DNA from: Mytilus edulis
Lineage: Eukaryota
Direction: 5' to 3'
NCBI RefSeq assembly: GCF_963676685.1
Contig: NC_092351.1
Coordinates: 27,714,001 to 27,778,000, forward strand
Length of the DNA: 64,000 nucleotides
Below are positions 42,301 to 56,000 of the stretch, in pieces (within the stretch, counting starts at the first letter, position 1; the number at the start of each line of letters is the position of its first letter). The translations under genes were made by a program, and so were the position numbers. The notes under the pieces were generated by a model. That model did no database searches, was not told the DNA's origin, and saw nothing but the letters and a program-made list of their open reading frames with translations.

Positions 42301-45300
42301 TAATGCACTTAGCAGTAAAATCACCACTAATACCATGACTCTATCAAAGTTAGAAATAAAATTTAACATTTACCAACTAAACTTCTTTTTAAAAAAGTTA
42401 TAAAGATATTAATATAATGTTTGTAAAATTCATAAATCAGCAATTAACTTGCTATATACATCAATATTTAAAGATTCGAAATAACTTTTTTTCATTTTCA
42501 GTTGCAATCGAATACAAGAATTTGAAAATTGGTCAAAATTGTGCTTTCTTTATCCAAATTATGACAAAACACTTCCATCTCCTTATTTTGCAGGATTAAG
42601 TTTATTTAAGAAAAAAATAAGATTTTAACTAGACTTGATTACATCGTTGAAATTAATACATTTCCTTTTACAGGAAAAACTAATATTTTGTAATTAGAAT
42701 TAATCTTGTTTACTTGAGTAATGGTACTGGTAAAATATTCTTTTGGTTGAGAACATGTACATTAAGACATGTCAAGAACCATATACAAACACATAGATCA
42801 ATTGAAAATAAGGCTTGCACTAATGGAAAGAACCTTTAGGTATTCTTTTCATAAGGCTTATCAATATTCGCATTTGACGGAAACGAATTACTCACTGATC
42901 GCATTAACATTGTCTAAACACAGGTTTACAAGACCATTATAAATTGGTTAATTAACGTTTTAAGTCAAACAATCATCCTTTGTAGATTATAACGTCTTTG
43001 AATATGACATTTTGAAATGAAAAATTCAATTCAGGAATCGAATTTTTATTTATACAAAAGGTTTAATCTCACTCTATCACATGAAGTAACATATAACCCA
43101 TTATCTTTGTGTAAATATGTCGCTAGTTAGTTGAGATACTGATACACCTCATGTGTCTACCCCTCCCCTTATCTTTTTTTAAATAAGATTTGTATCTTAA
43201 AAATTTTGCCTTGAGCATCACTGAAGAGATATTGACTACCAAAACACGCATCAGAAAATTGGTACCGTTTATGTTTGCTTTTTCTTTTCTTAATAAAATT
43301 TTGCTTTAATTGAATTCAAAATGTTATGTTATCGTGTTATTTTTTATTTTGTTTATCAATTTCAAAATAATAAAATCTTTTAGGTTATATGCATTCAAAC
43401 CATCTAATTTGATTGGTCGATATTTTGGTTGAACTGATGATTTTACAGAAATCTTTGGCATTAACAGATGACATGATTGTGCTGTATAAAACAGTTATAA
43501 TATAGTACAGGTTCACCGAATTAATAGATAAAAGAAGATGTTGTATAGGTGCCAATGAAACCACTCTCCATTCAAGTCACAATTTATAAACGTTAACCAT
43601 TATAGGTCAAAGTAAGGTCTTCAACACGGAGACAGGGCTCATAGCAATTTTTTTCTTATGTATTATAGCATAAAGAGTTCGGGGAAGTGAGACAACGTGT
43701 TAATTGAATTTCGAGACATAATTTAATAAGGAGATAATAATAAAACATATGACATTCGAGAACAAAACAAGAATACATATTTTCCATACTGTCAAATCGC
43801 TATGAATAATAATATATGTATTTAACAAAACACCCTATTTTTATTTATAGATATTTAAGTTTTATTCACTAGTACTTTCCAAATCTCAGACACGTTGCAT
43901 TTAACCAGCACAAAGAATGTTCTACGAAGACTTAAACTTCCAAATACAAATGTAACCACTTCATCATTGTCTGGAAAGCAATGACTTAAAAGAAGGAAAA
44001 TCCCGTCTTTCAATTTGGAGATTTTAAATGATACTTTGTTGAAAAACAAAACTAGTTTGCAATGTATCTAAAAGCCTAATGTTTTCGTTGTTTCAATTTA
44101 AATGTATTTTGAACATGTTCAGTACATGTGATTGATATGCTTCCATCTAAAGAAATAATAGTTAAGAAAAGCAAAAAAAAAATACTGTATCCATTAGAGT
44201 GATCTTATAGTGGCAATAACATATATAGTCATTTGTTGTTGCACAAATATTAATGGGCAAGTTCACAATGACAGACAGAACAGTTAAGGCTTTTGCACTC
44301 ATTGTTCTAAAATCTTTCGAAATATATTTCTTTGTGTTATAAGCCAGTTAAACCGCTTTTAATAGATTAAAAGACAAGGTTATCAAGTTCGTGCTTTCCT
44401 AACAGAAAAACTCATAACAAAACATTTACAACACATGCTCAACACATTGAATACCTTTATGACTAAAATGTACATGTTGTACCTAATAAAGATCTTATTC
44501 TATCTAAGATCTTCTTTGCCATGTATGATAGGAGTTGCAAGGATACTACCAGAGTTAATAGAGAGGGAGTCGTTATCCCGTGATGATGAATCCAAATACG
44601 AAATTGGCACACGAATAGACTTTTGATATTGGTTGTGTTAATTTGAAACCAAAAACAAAATACAGCTAAGGTAATCTATTCCTGAGGTAGAAAGCCTTAG
44701 TATTTCAAAAGGTCAAAAATTTGTAAACAGTTAATTTATAAGCTACACTAAACCGATCAGTAAACGGGTGTGATCTCAGGTGCTCCAAATGTTTTACTAG
44801 TCGTTTTGTGCATGCTATTACAAACTCGTTGCTACGTTTTACTCTCTAGGTAACATTTGCGGAAAAGGGACCAGTTTGTAGATGTTACAATTGGAACATA
44901 TCCGTCGTCATGAGTAACATATATTCTATTACAGTCAACCAGGTCGTGATGGCGTCTGTAAAATTTTTGAAAAAGGGTGGGGGTCATATTCACCACTTGG
45001 AATAAAGCTGAGAAAAGAAATGGGTAAAGGAAGTCTTAATTAAATAGCTTCTTTTTGAAAATACAGGTGTTTTATGGGTTGTTCCACTTGATGTAGGAAA
45101 TACAATTCAAAATATCGATAAAAACATAAAATGATTATGCGTTAATGATTCTATATGTCTTCCAAATGAGAGTCTTTTCATATACATTTTGTAAATTTTG
45201 CCTTTGAAATAATTTGATGAGGTGGAAGCCGTATTCATATTTTATTGAAATAATGGAATTATAACTTTTGCTCTAGCTAACAAGGTATAATCCAAGTTCA

Positions 45301-45679
45301 TATTTGATGATGAAAAGATACGATATATTTTCAGAACCCAATAAATATTTCTTTAGATCGTTTAATCCGAGTTTATTTAAGTAAGACTTTTTTTAATCAT
45401 ATAATTTTATATCATAAATCAGATCAATAAAATATTAAGCCATTTCAAAATAATAAACGGCATTTTAATGATATTTGAAAAATAAAGAATTTTTTTTAAG
45501 AACGTTATTAAACATTATTGTTCATAAAACTGATTGTTTATTAACCCTAAAGTTGTTATATATTTATATATTGTACACAGTGACGCCTTCAATATAGTCC
45601 TAATACTCAACATTGCCAATTTAAAACGACCCTTAACCCCGGGTTAGGTAGAACGTTTGCTATTGTTATTATATTGTAA

Positions 45680-47984
45680 TTATTAAGTCTTTCCACTTTT
45701 CTGTGGAAAGACTTATTGTTTTTCTTCTGATTATTATTATTATTATTATTTTTTTTTTCCGCCAAATTTTGTTCTTGCGATAAATGTTTGTTTCGCAATA
45801 TGTCGCTTAAATATTTCTCATATGGTATCGTATAGTTTATGCGCTTTTAAATTTTACCCTGCTAAGCCGAACCATTTTCTTTGTAAGAGTTATCTCCCTA
45901 TTCACTGTTTATCATCTGTGTGCATCTCCTTCGTAACAAAAAATGATAGCGACAAAATTCTTTTTACAAATTGTTCGTTACATCCTCAGTAATTTTTGGC
46001 GCATTTGGATCGAAGCGATTCGATGAAATTTTATAGGAGTTATCTACCTTTACAAAATAAATTTGTCGGTATGTTTAGTTAACTCATAAACCGTTAACCG
46101 TATAACCCTGGAATGTTTTTATTTGAGTCCAATGGGTCCTTACTTAGAAAATGAGGTCAAGGTCAAAGGTCAAGGTCAAGTTCTAAATTGTGACTTTTGC
46201 TTGTTTTTGCATTTTCTCCGACACTTTGAGAGATACACATAAAAGAACAAGTGCAAAATGTCAACTTTATTGTAATGAAGATATGTTACATTTAGTCTTA
46301 TACAATTAAATGGCATCTTATAGGAGTTGGTGCCCCTGAAATGTCTTGATATGAAGTTATTTGATTATAACTTCAATTAAGTTCATTATAAAGACATTTG
46401 ACCTCATACAAAAGGTTAAGTGACTAATGACCTTGAAAAATGACTACCGGAAGTGACCTTTAGAAAACCGGAAGTAGCTATTTTTGCAATTTCTTTCACC
46501 TAAAAGTACCCAGAATCCATATATTTTGTCATATAGATACATGAACAGATTACTGAAGACTAAAAATGACTTCCAACAAACCGGAAGTGGCCAATTATCT
46601 CCCATTCTACATACAAAAGTATATAGAAACTATATATTTTTGGAATCAGTGTGAAAGAAGCTATCATATGAGACCGGATGTGACATTAATTTCACCGGAA
46701 GTAGCATATTATCTCCCTTATATCACTCAAAAATATAATTAAACCATCATTTATCGCATCAGTATAAAGAAACTACCTTCTTATCCAAATTACTTTAGTT
46801 TGGAAAGACTTTCAATTGTTCTCTGAACAATTGGTTTTTAATTATTAAGTCTTTCCACTTTTCTGTGGAAAGACTTATTGTTTTTCTTCTGATTATTATT
46901 ATTTTTTTTTTTCCGCCACATTCTGAAATTTTTGTTTCGCAATATGTCGCTTAGATATTTTGTATATTGTATCGTATAGTTTACACGGTTTTAAATCTCA
47001 CCCTGCTAAGACGAACAATTTTCTTTGTAAGAGTTATCTCCCTATTCACTGTTTATCATCTGTGTGCATCTCCTTCGTAAAAAAAAAAGATAGCGACAAA
47101 ATTCCTTTTACAAATTGTTCGTTACATCCTCAGGAATTTTTGGCTAATTTGGATCGAAGCGATTGCATGAAATTTTACAGGAGTTATCTACCTTTACGAA
47201 AAAAATTTGTCGGTATGTTTTTTTAACTCATAAACCGTTAACCGTATATCAGTGGAATGTTTTTATTTGAGTCCCCTAGGTCCTAACTTAGAAAATGAGG
47301 TCAAGGTCAAAGGTCAAGGTCAAGTTCTCAATTGTGACTTTTGCTTGTTTTTGCATTTCCTCCGACACTTTGAAAGATACATACTAAAGAACAAGTGCAA
47401 AACGTCTGCTTTATTGTAATGAAGATATGCTACATTTAGTCTTATACAATTTAATGGCATCTTATAGGAGTTATTGCCCCTCAAATGTCTTGATATGAGG
47501 TTATTTGATAATGACTCCAACTAAGTTCATTATAAAGGCATTTGACCTTGTACAAAAGATTAGGTGACAAATGACCTTGAAAAATGACTACCGGAAGTGA
47601 CCTTGAGAAAACCGGAAGTAGCCTTTTTTGCAATTTTTTCATCTCAAAGTACCCAGAATCAATATATTTTGTCATATATATACATACACTGATTGCTGGA
47701 GACAAAACATGACTTCAAACAAACCGGAAGTGGCCAATTATTTCCCCTTCTACATACAATAGTATATAGAAACTATATATTTTGGGAATCAGTGTGAAGT
47801 AAGCTATCATATGAGACCGGAAATGACATTCATTTCACCGGAAGTAGCATATTATCTCCCTTTTATCACTCAAAAACATAATTAAACCATTATTTATCTC
47901 ATCAGAATGAAGATACTATCTTCTTATCAAAATTTCTTTGGTGTGGAAAGACTTTCAATTGTTCTCTGAACAATTGGTTTTTAA
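45680..47984 (+). mobile_element. Tandem dimer of a Helentron-associated non-autonomous element (HINE/DINE-1-like), about 1.15 kb per unit
   Basis: Each unit has a 5' stem-loop AAGTCTTTCCAC/GTGGAAAGACTT, an (ATT)n microsatellite, a 3' subterminal repeat TGGAAAGACTT, a 3' hairpin CAATTGTTC/GAACAATTG and a T-rich end. The second unit starts near 46842. Confidence 0.8.
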
Positions 47985-50900
47985 TTGTATTTATTTATGT
48001 TGATTTAATTTGTGTTGTGTGGCCTGATAGCTGTTTACAAAATAATCACTGGAACAATCACAGGTACTGATGGAATGATTGTAACTTTCCATTTGACTTA
48101 CATAACGATTCAAGAATGATTCTAATAAAAGATGCGATATTTAAACTTCTACATTTTTTCTGGAAACTTGCGTTGTAGTATTTTAGGACTTTCCATTTCT
48201 AGAGTGTTGTAGAGATTTCCGTGACAACTATATATAAACTGACACTTAGGTTAAACTTTCTGACTAAGACATCGATGGACATTAGTATTCACAGCATTTG
48301 GATTGACACTTTTATTACATAAACAACATCATACTAGATTGTGACCTTAGTAGTGGACGTAATTTTCTGATTGGATTACCGAGAAGATTTCCGGATACAG
48401 ATAAAGATAAAAGATTGGACTCATATTTTGACAGTTAAGTTGACAGTAATATATATGTAATACTTCTTGCAAACTTTTGTATAATAAATATTGTTAAATT
48501 TTATTATTGACTTTTGTTTTTTGTTGGCTACAATTAAAGGTGATTTCTGGCCGTGTTGTTCGATCACGCTATAATTGTGTATTGGGCTGGGTTGTGATAT
48601 CAACAAATTTTGTTTTAAATCTGGAAAAGAAATCTATCAAATACTGTCATAACAAAACAACGACATGATTAAGAGAAAAATGACCAAAATACAAATAATA
48701 GTTAATTCCCAAGCAAAAATATATATCGCAAACTGCACGGATCTATCAGTGGCACCAATTGTGTTATTTCTACCACGTGAAGGTCCAGAAAATGTGTCGG
48801 AATTGGTAATGTACTAAATAATAATAAGACGACGTGTCTACAATAGATGAAACATATCTATCGACTCAATCGGTCTCGCTATGTTTGGAAGTCACACTGT
48901 TCCATCGGAATGTCGACATTATACATATTTTTTGCATTAGATGACAATTAGCGTACACTTGTATGTTTGTTTGTAATCGTATGTGTTACTGAAATGAATA
49001 AGTCACATATCATATATATCCTATTTGCTTCGGTTACTTTAAGTAATCATATATGACATTGTCTTTGTGATATGAACTTGCAGTTATGCGATGTGTGTGT
49101 TTTTCTTTGGGATATGACTCTACTTTGCTTACCCGTGGATATCGACGACCACATTAAGCATTCGACTAAGCATCTTCTGGTACCACCATCTTGGAACTAT
49201 TGTTTAATTTGTAATTGTAATTTGGACAACCGTGTGGCACACACATAATTTACGAAGTAAATTGCTGCAACTATCTTATGATATCAAATAATTACTAACG
49301 AAGTGCACTTGACGCTGAAAGTTTTCATAAATAAAAGATTTATCTATTTGATCTGTGGAAATAGCATTTGAACAAATGTAAATATTCAGGCTGGTTAATT
49401 AAAAAGGGTAATAACAGCTAGTTTAAACAGTAGGTTTGGCTAGCCACAAAACCAGGCTCATTCCACCATTTTTCTTTAAATTTCCTATACCAAGTTAGGA
49501 AGATAGCAATTGTTATTGTCTTTGTTGGGTTTTTTTTGTTGCACTTTAGTGTTTCTGTTGTTTCGTTGTTTTCCTCTAACATTTGATGTGTTTTCCTCAG
49601 TTTTAGTTTGTTACCCGGATTTGTTTTCTATCAATCGATTTATGACTTTGAACAATTGTATACTACTGATGCCTTATTAAATACTCCTTTTTGAATCAGG
49701 GGGAAACAAATGCTTATTATATATTTGAGAATTTTGTACAGTTTTCATTTTTTGTTATAAAAATTTTATATTCATTTATTCATATATGTACATTTATAAC
49801 TCATATTAGGAAACACGTAAAACAATTAAAGCGATACCTTTTATTTCCTGCGTCCTTGGACAATATAGAATAATAAAATATATGGGATATGAAGACGGCG
49901 TTTCAAGATATATGACGTTGTTATTCAAAGCACATTTTGCAGTACAAATATGGCGTATTTTATACGATAGTTAAGTGTTTCTAGTCCGTTGCTTTTGTAA
50001 TTAGATTGTTTATTATTTATACATCTGGTGAAGCGCTTACATTGGTATCATTAATATGTCTTATGCTTTGTGGTGTGGAATAATCTGTTATTATCTGACA
50101 ATATAACATGCATTTAGTTTGTAAACAGATTCCATATGATGTGTACATATTAACTGAATATTTAAAACAAAGGATGCATCTCAATTGTATCAACCAACAT
50201 TTTCCCCTATGTTGCTGAACCTGTAAATATAACTTTCCAAATTTTAAGTGTAATGTTATCAAGTTATTTTATAACTTTTCAAAATTTATTCAGTAGAAAG
50301 TAAAATCACAAAAATACTGAACTCGGAGGAGAATCCAATCGGAAAGTCCATAATCACATGGCCAAAATCAAATGACAAAACACATAAAAGACGAATGGAC
50401 AAGAACTGTCAGATTTCTAAACTTATTATCTATTGATCTCTTTTGTCAACATTGTTGTTCTATATTATCAATTCTAATTATTATGGTAATCATATGCAAA
50501 CTCAGAAAAGTTTATATGTACATATATCTTTGCATTTTTGTGCAGAATATTTAAGTACATGTATTAATATTTTTTCAATAAAAAGGCAGAAAATAACATA
50601 AGAAAAAAGGATGGAAAGATCAACTGCAAACTATCAAAAACAGAAAATTTACAACTGAGAAATATTCTAAGTTTAAATCGAAAACAACGTTCAAACCTAT
50701 GATTGCGATAAACACAGCAATTTTTATACGTGTGCATGTAACAATTTCGTTGTAGAGGCGTCTAAATACAGCACAACCAACATTTTCCAAAAGACCAAAA
50801 GAGTGAGAAAAAATATTTTAACAAAACGCATTTGACTAGCAGGTTGAACAGCTGATGTTCTTAAACCCGATATATAGTTGCATGCATAGTTTTATCCCGG

Positions 50901-53052
50901 TAAGTATAGTAGTATTTGGTTATTTGTCAAGTGGATAGAATGGTACGATATGGTCGTTTCAAAAATTTCATTTACTCTTAAAATTTACATTATCCTGCTT
51001 TATTTGTCAAACAATTTGTTTACATTGTATCGGCAACAATTAGAACATATTAATTGTATAACTTCATATATCTATATTTCAAATGCTTCTGGGACTTAAT
51101 ATTTTTATGAACAATATCCTGGTTTATGAGTAAAACAATTTGTGGTCAATTAAAAGTATGGTTTAACTTTAAAATTGCCAACTTTGTTTTGGTATTTCAC
51201 TTTATTTGAAGTTTGCGTTAACTATGATCGGGATCTGTTCAGTGCGTCCTCGTTTCTTTCTTTGGGTGAGAGGGGATATGATCTGTAGCTGTGTCTTTGT
51301 ATAAATTAATTGTATGATCTACTATTTATTAAGGTTAACTGCTATGTGTCTTTTTTGTAATTTCTCTTGATGCGATAGAATTTTGCATGTACAATTTTGT
51401 ATGTATTATTTGTAATATAGTTGTAAGGTTTCAAAAATGATAGATGCGTAGTTGTTTAAAATTGTCATTTGTCTGATTAAAATAAATTGTAGCGACACTG
51501 TCACGTTCTGGTGCCATTAAAAAGAAAAATACTGACTGAAATTTGTAAAAAATGTGCTTATAAATTTTCTGTCTTATGAAAAGAAAAGATGATCTTAAAA
51601 ATCGTTTGCATGAGACATTGTCACGCAATGGAATATTACTGAATTATAAAATTGTTTCCTAACATTTTATCATTTTTCATAAATTGTTATGTTTTCTTTC
51701 TTTGTGGGAAAACACATTCCCGGCTCTCCCTATGCATATTGCATAACTGTCCAAGAAAATGTGATGCAAAACTATTAAGATAAATTCAAAAATAGAGTTC
51801 CATAAAAACAAACCTGACAAAACCAAACATATCAATCAACAGAATGAGTAAAAATACAACTGTCATATATCTTATTAGTACCGGCATTTACTAAATCAAA
51901 TTGATTGATCGGTTATACAAGTGAGAGGTTTAAGTAGCTATAAACCTAGTTTAATCCACCATTTTCTACTTAAGAAAATGTCTGTACCAAGTCAGTAGTA
52001 TGATAGTTGATATCCATTCGTTTGATGTCTTTCAGCTTTTGATTTTGTCATTCGCTTACGGACTTTCTGCTTAGGTGTTCGGTATTTTTATTAATTTATT
52101 TTTAAAGATGGTTTTATAATTAGGTTAACATTGTATTACAAATCAAAGTATAGATACTAGTCCAATCTTTCATTATGAAGCATATATGATCATTCCGATT
52201 ACTTGTCAATCTCATGTAAATGTTAAATCTAATGAAATTTCAGCCCGATTCGGAATTTCCTTATGGACATTTCCAGACTTCATAGATGATATTCAAAACT
52301 TTGTTTTCTCCTTCTATAGCTGTTCTCAGATTAAACTTTCAAAGGCAAGTTTTACATGATTTCAACTGTGTAATTTGAAAAAAAATTAGCTTCTCTATCT
52401 CTTCTCTATCCCTGGTAGGTAAGCGTTTCCAACACTTCGATGAGCACTGCGATAATGACCTGAAATCAAATCATTACTGGTGAAATTGAGTAAATTGCAA
52501 TCAGTTCATTAAGAAATAACACAATTTTAGACGATAATGATGTGAAGTGATTTTGGTATTAAGGGCAAATTTATTGTCGCTGTTTTTATGTCTAGGTATC
52601 CTATCAATAAAATATGATGAGACACATTTTTTGTATTATATAAGTTTTCAATGGTATGATTTTGTCTATTTTTCGTTGTTAATCAACTCATAATATATAA
52701 ATAAAAAGTTTTTTTCAGATCTTGCTAATTTACCATACACGTTAAAAATAATAAATCATTTTAAACACAATAGGTACCAGATTTAAAAGTATTCTGTGCC
52801 TCATGTGTCTGTATATCTAAACAGATGACAATGATTCTGTTATAGTATGCGTTTTAAATTACAAATGGTAGGCATTCAGAACTGAATATTTTATCAAGCA
52901 TGCTAAGAAAACGTTAAAACTGAACGTTAATGTGTCACACTTTCATCAGACGGAAAATGGACGAAACATATAGTTAATAGTACAAAGTCAGCATTAGAAC
53001 ATGTAAATCTACCGAGGAAACTAAAATTTACGCTTTATATATATATAGTGAA

Positions 53053-56000
53053 GCCCAGGTGGTCGTGTGGTCTAGCGGGACGGCTGCAGTGCAGGCGATT
53101 TGGTGTCACGATATCTCAGTAGCATGGGTTCGAATCCCGACGAGGGAAGAACCAAAAATTTGCGAAAGCAAATTTACAGATCTAACATTGTTGGGTTGAT
53201 GTTTAGACGAGTTGTATATACATTATGTACACAGCCATGTATCACCATCATTGATGGCGATCCGATGGACACATCTGTTGTAGAGTTGTCACTGACTCAG
53301 ACGTACTTATAAATATAATTATTTTCTGTGACTGTATATTACATTAATTTGTAGGATCTTTTACTATAGATAATTTAGCTGATCTGTAACAATAACATCT
53401 TCATGCCTTATATATATATCATGTACTGTAGTACGCCGCTAGATTAAAACTGACGAGGAAAGGTAACACACGGCCAGCGAAAGCTCTTTTAATTGAGAGC
53501 CCAGGTGGTCGTGTAGTCTAGCGGGACGGCTGCAGTGCAGACTATTTGGTGTCACGATATCACAGTAGCATGGGTTCGAATCCTGACGAGGGAAGAACCA
53601 AAAATTTGCGAAAGCAAATTTACAGATCTAACATTGTTGGGTTGATGTTTAGACGAGTTGTATATACATTATGTACACAGCCATGTATCACCATCATTGA
53701 TGGCGATCCGATGGACACATCTGTTGTAGAGTTGTCACTGACTCAGACGTACTTATAAATATAATTATTTTCTGTGACTGTATATTACATTAATTTGTAG
53801 GATCCTTTACTATAGATAATTTAGCTGATCTGTAAAAATAACATCTTCATGCCTTATATATCATGTACTGTAGTACGCCGCTAGATTAAAACTGACGAGG
53901 AAAGGTAACACACGGCCAGCGAAAGCTCTTTTAATTGAGAGCCCAGGTGGTCGTGTAGTCTAGCGGGACGGCTGCAGTGCAGACTATTTGGTGTCACGAT
54001 ATCACAGTAGCATGGGTTCGAATCCTGACGAGGGAAGAACCAAAAATTTGCGAAAGCAAATTTACAGATCTAACATTGTTGGGTTGATGTTTAGACGAGT
54101 TGTATATACATTATGTACACAGCCATGTATCACCATCATTGATGGCGATCCGATGGACACATCTGTTGTAGAGTTGTCACTGACTCAGACGTACTTATAA
54201 ATATAATTATTTTCTGTGACTGTATATTACATTAATTTGTAGGATCTTTTACTATAGATAATTTAGCTGATCTGTAAAAATAACATCTTCATGCCTTATA
54301 TATTATGTACTTTAGTACGCCGCTAGATTAAAACTGACGAGGAAAGGTAACACACGGCCAGCGAAAGCTCTTTTAATTGAGAGCCCAGGTGGTCGTGTGG
54401 TCTAGCGGGACGGCTGCAGTGCAGACTATTTGGTGTCACGATATCACAGTAGCATGGGTTCGAATCCTGACGAGGGAAGAACCAAAAATTTGCGAAAGCA
54501 AATTTACAGATCTAACATTGTTGGGTTGATGTTTAGACGAGTTGTATATACATTATGTACACAGCCATGTATCACCATCATTGATGGCGATCCGATGGAC
54601 ACATCTGTTGTAGAGTTGTCACTGACTCAGACGTACTTATAAATATAATTATTTTCTGTGACTGTATATTACATTAATTTGTAGGATCCTTTACTATAGA
54701 TAATTTAGCTGATCTGTAAAAATAACATCTTCATGCCTTATATATCATGTACTGTAGTACGCCGCTAGATTAAAACTGACGAGGAAAGGTAACACACGGC
54801 CAGCGAAAGCTCTTTTAATTGAGAGCCCAGGTGGTCGTGTAGTCTAGCGGGACGGCTGCAGTGCAGGCGATTTGGTGTCACGATATCACAGTAGCATGGG
54901 TTCGAATCCTGACGAGGGAAGAACCAAAAATTTGCGAAAGCAAATTTACAGATCTAACATTGTTGGGTTGATGTTTAGACGAGTTGTATATACATTATGT
55001 ACACAGCCATGTATCACCATCATTGATGGCGATCCGATGGACACATCTGTTGTAGAGTTGTCACTGACTCAGACGTACTTATAAATATAATTATTTTCTG
55101 TGACTGTATATTACATTAATTTGTAGGATCCTTTACTATAGATAATTTAGCTGATCTGTAAAAATAACATCTTCATGCCTTATATATTATGTACTTTAGT
55201 ACGCCGCTAGATTAAAACTGACGAGGAAAGGTAACACACGGCCAGCGAAAGCTCTTTTAATTGAGAGCCCAGGTGGTCGTGTGGTCTAGCGGGACGGCTG
55301 CAGTGCAGACTATTTGGTGTCACGATATCACAGTAGCATGGGTTCGAATCCTGACGAGGGAAGAACCAAAAATTTGCGAAAGCAAATTTACAGATCTAAC
55401 ATTGTTGGGTTGATGTTTAGACGAGTTGTATATACATTATGTACACAGCCATGTATCACCATCATTGATGGCGATCCGATGGACACATCTGTTGTAGAGT
55501 TGTCACTGACTCAGACGTACTTATAAATATAATTATTTTCTGTGACTGTATATTACATTAATTTGTAGGATCCTTTACTATAGATAATTTAGCTGATCTG
55601 TAACAATAACATCTTCATGCCTTATATATCATGTACTGTAGTACGCCGCTAGATTAAAACTGACGAGGAAAGGTAACACACGGCCAGCGAAAGCTCTTTT
55701 AATTGAGAGCCCAGGTGGTCGTGTGGTCTAGCGGGACGGCTGCAGTGCAGGCGATTTGGTGTCACGATATCACAGTAGCATGGGTTCGAATCTCGACGAG
55801 GGAAGAGCCAAAAATTTGCGAAAGCAAATTTACAGATCTAACATTGTTGGGTTGATGTTTAGACGAGTTGTATATACATTATGTACACAGCCATGTATCA
55901 CCATCATTGATGGCGATCCGATGGACACATCTGTTGTAGAGTTGTCACTGTCTCAGACGTACTTATAAATATAATTATTTTCTGTGACTGTATATTACAT

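Noticed and set aside
32612-44626. Second protein-coding gene among the short ORFs between 32 and 45 kb
   Set aside because: The candidate exons I tested had stops or no recognisable motifs and gave no consistent splice chain; small exons could still be missed.
53053-53150. Functional tRNA gene array
   Set aside because: A and B boxes are present, but the acceptor stem (GCCCAGG versus CGAGGGA) and T stem do not pair and the middle region is too long; it is a tRNA-derived head.
53325-53345. GTATATTAC resembling hairpin-ribozyme loop B
   Set aside because: No matching AGAAACA strand or loop A geometry found.
53583-53620. Second CTGACGA...GAAA hammerhead after the B box
   Set aside because: Absent in units 1 and 7, no NUH or stem I partner, and that GAAA is a tetraloop of a perfect hairpin.
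53100-55968. Seven repeated 70-aa ORFs
   Set aside because: TTG start, no recognisable domain, and they overlap the tRNA B box and RNA hairpins; a by-product of the repeat.
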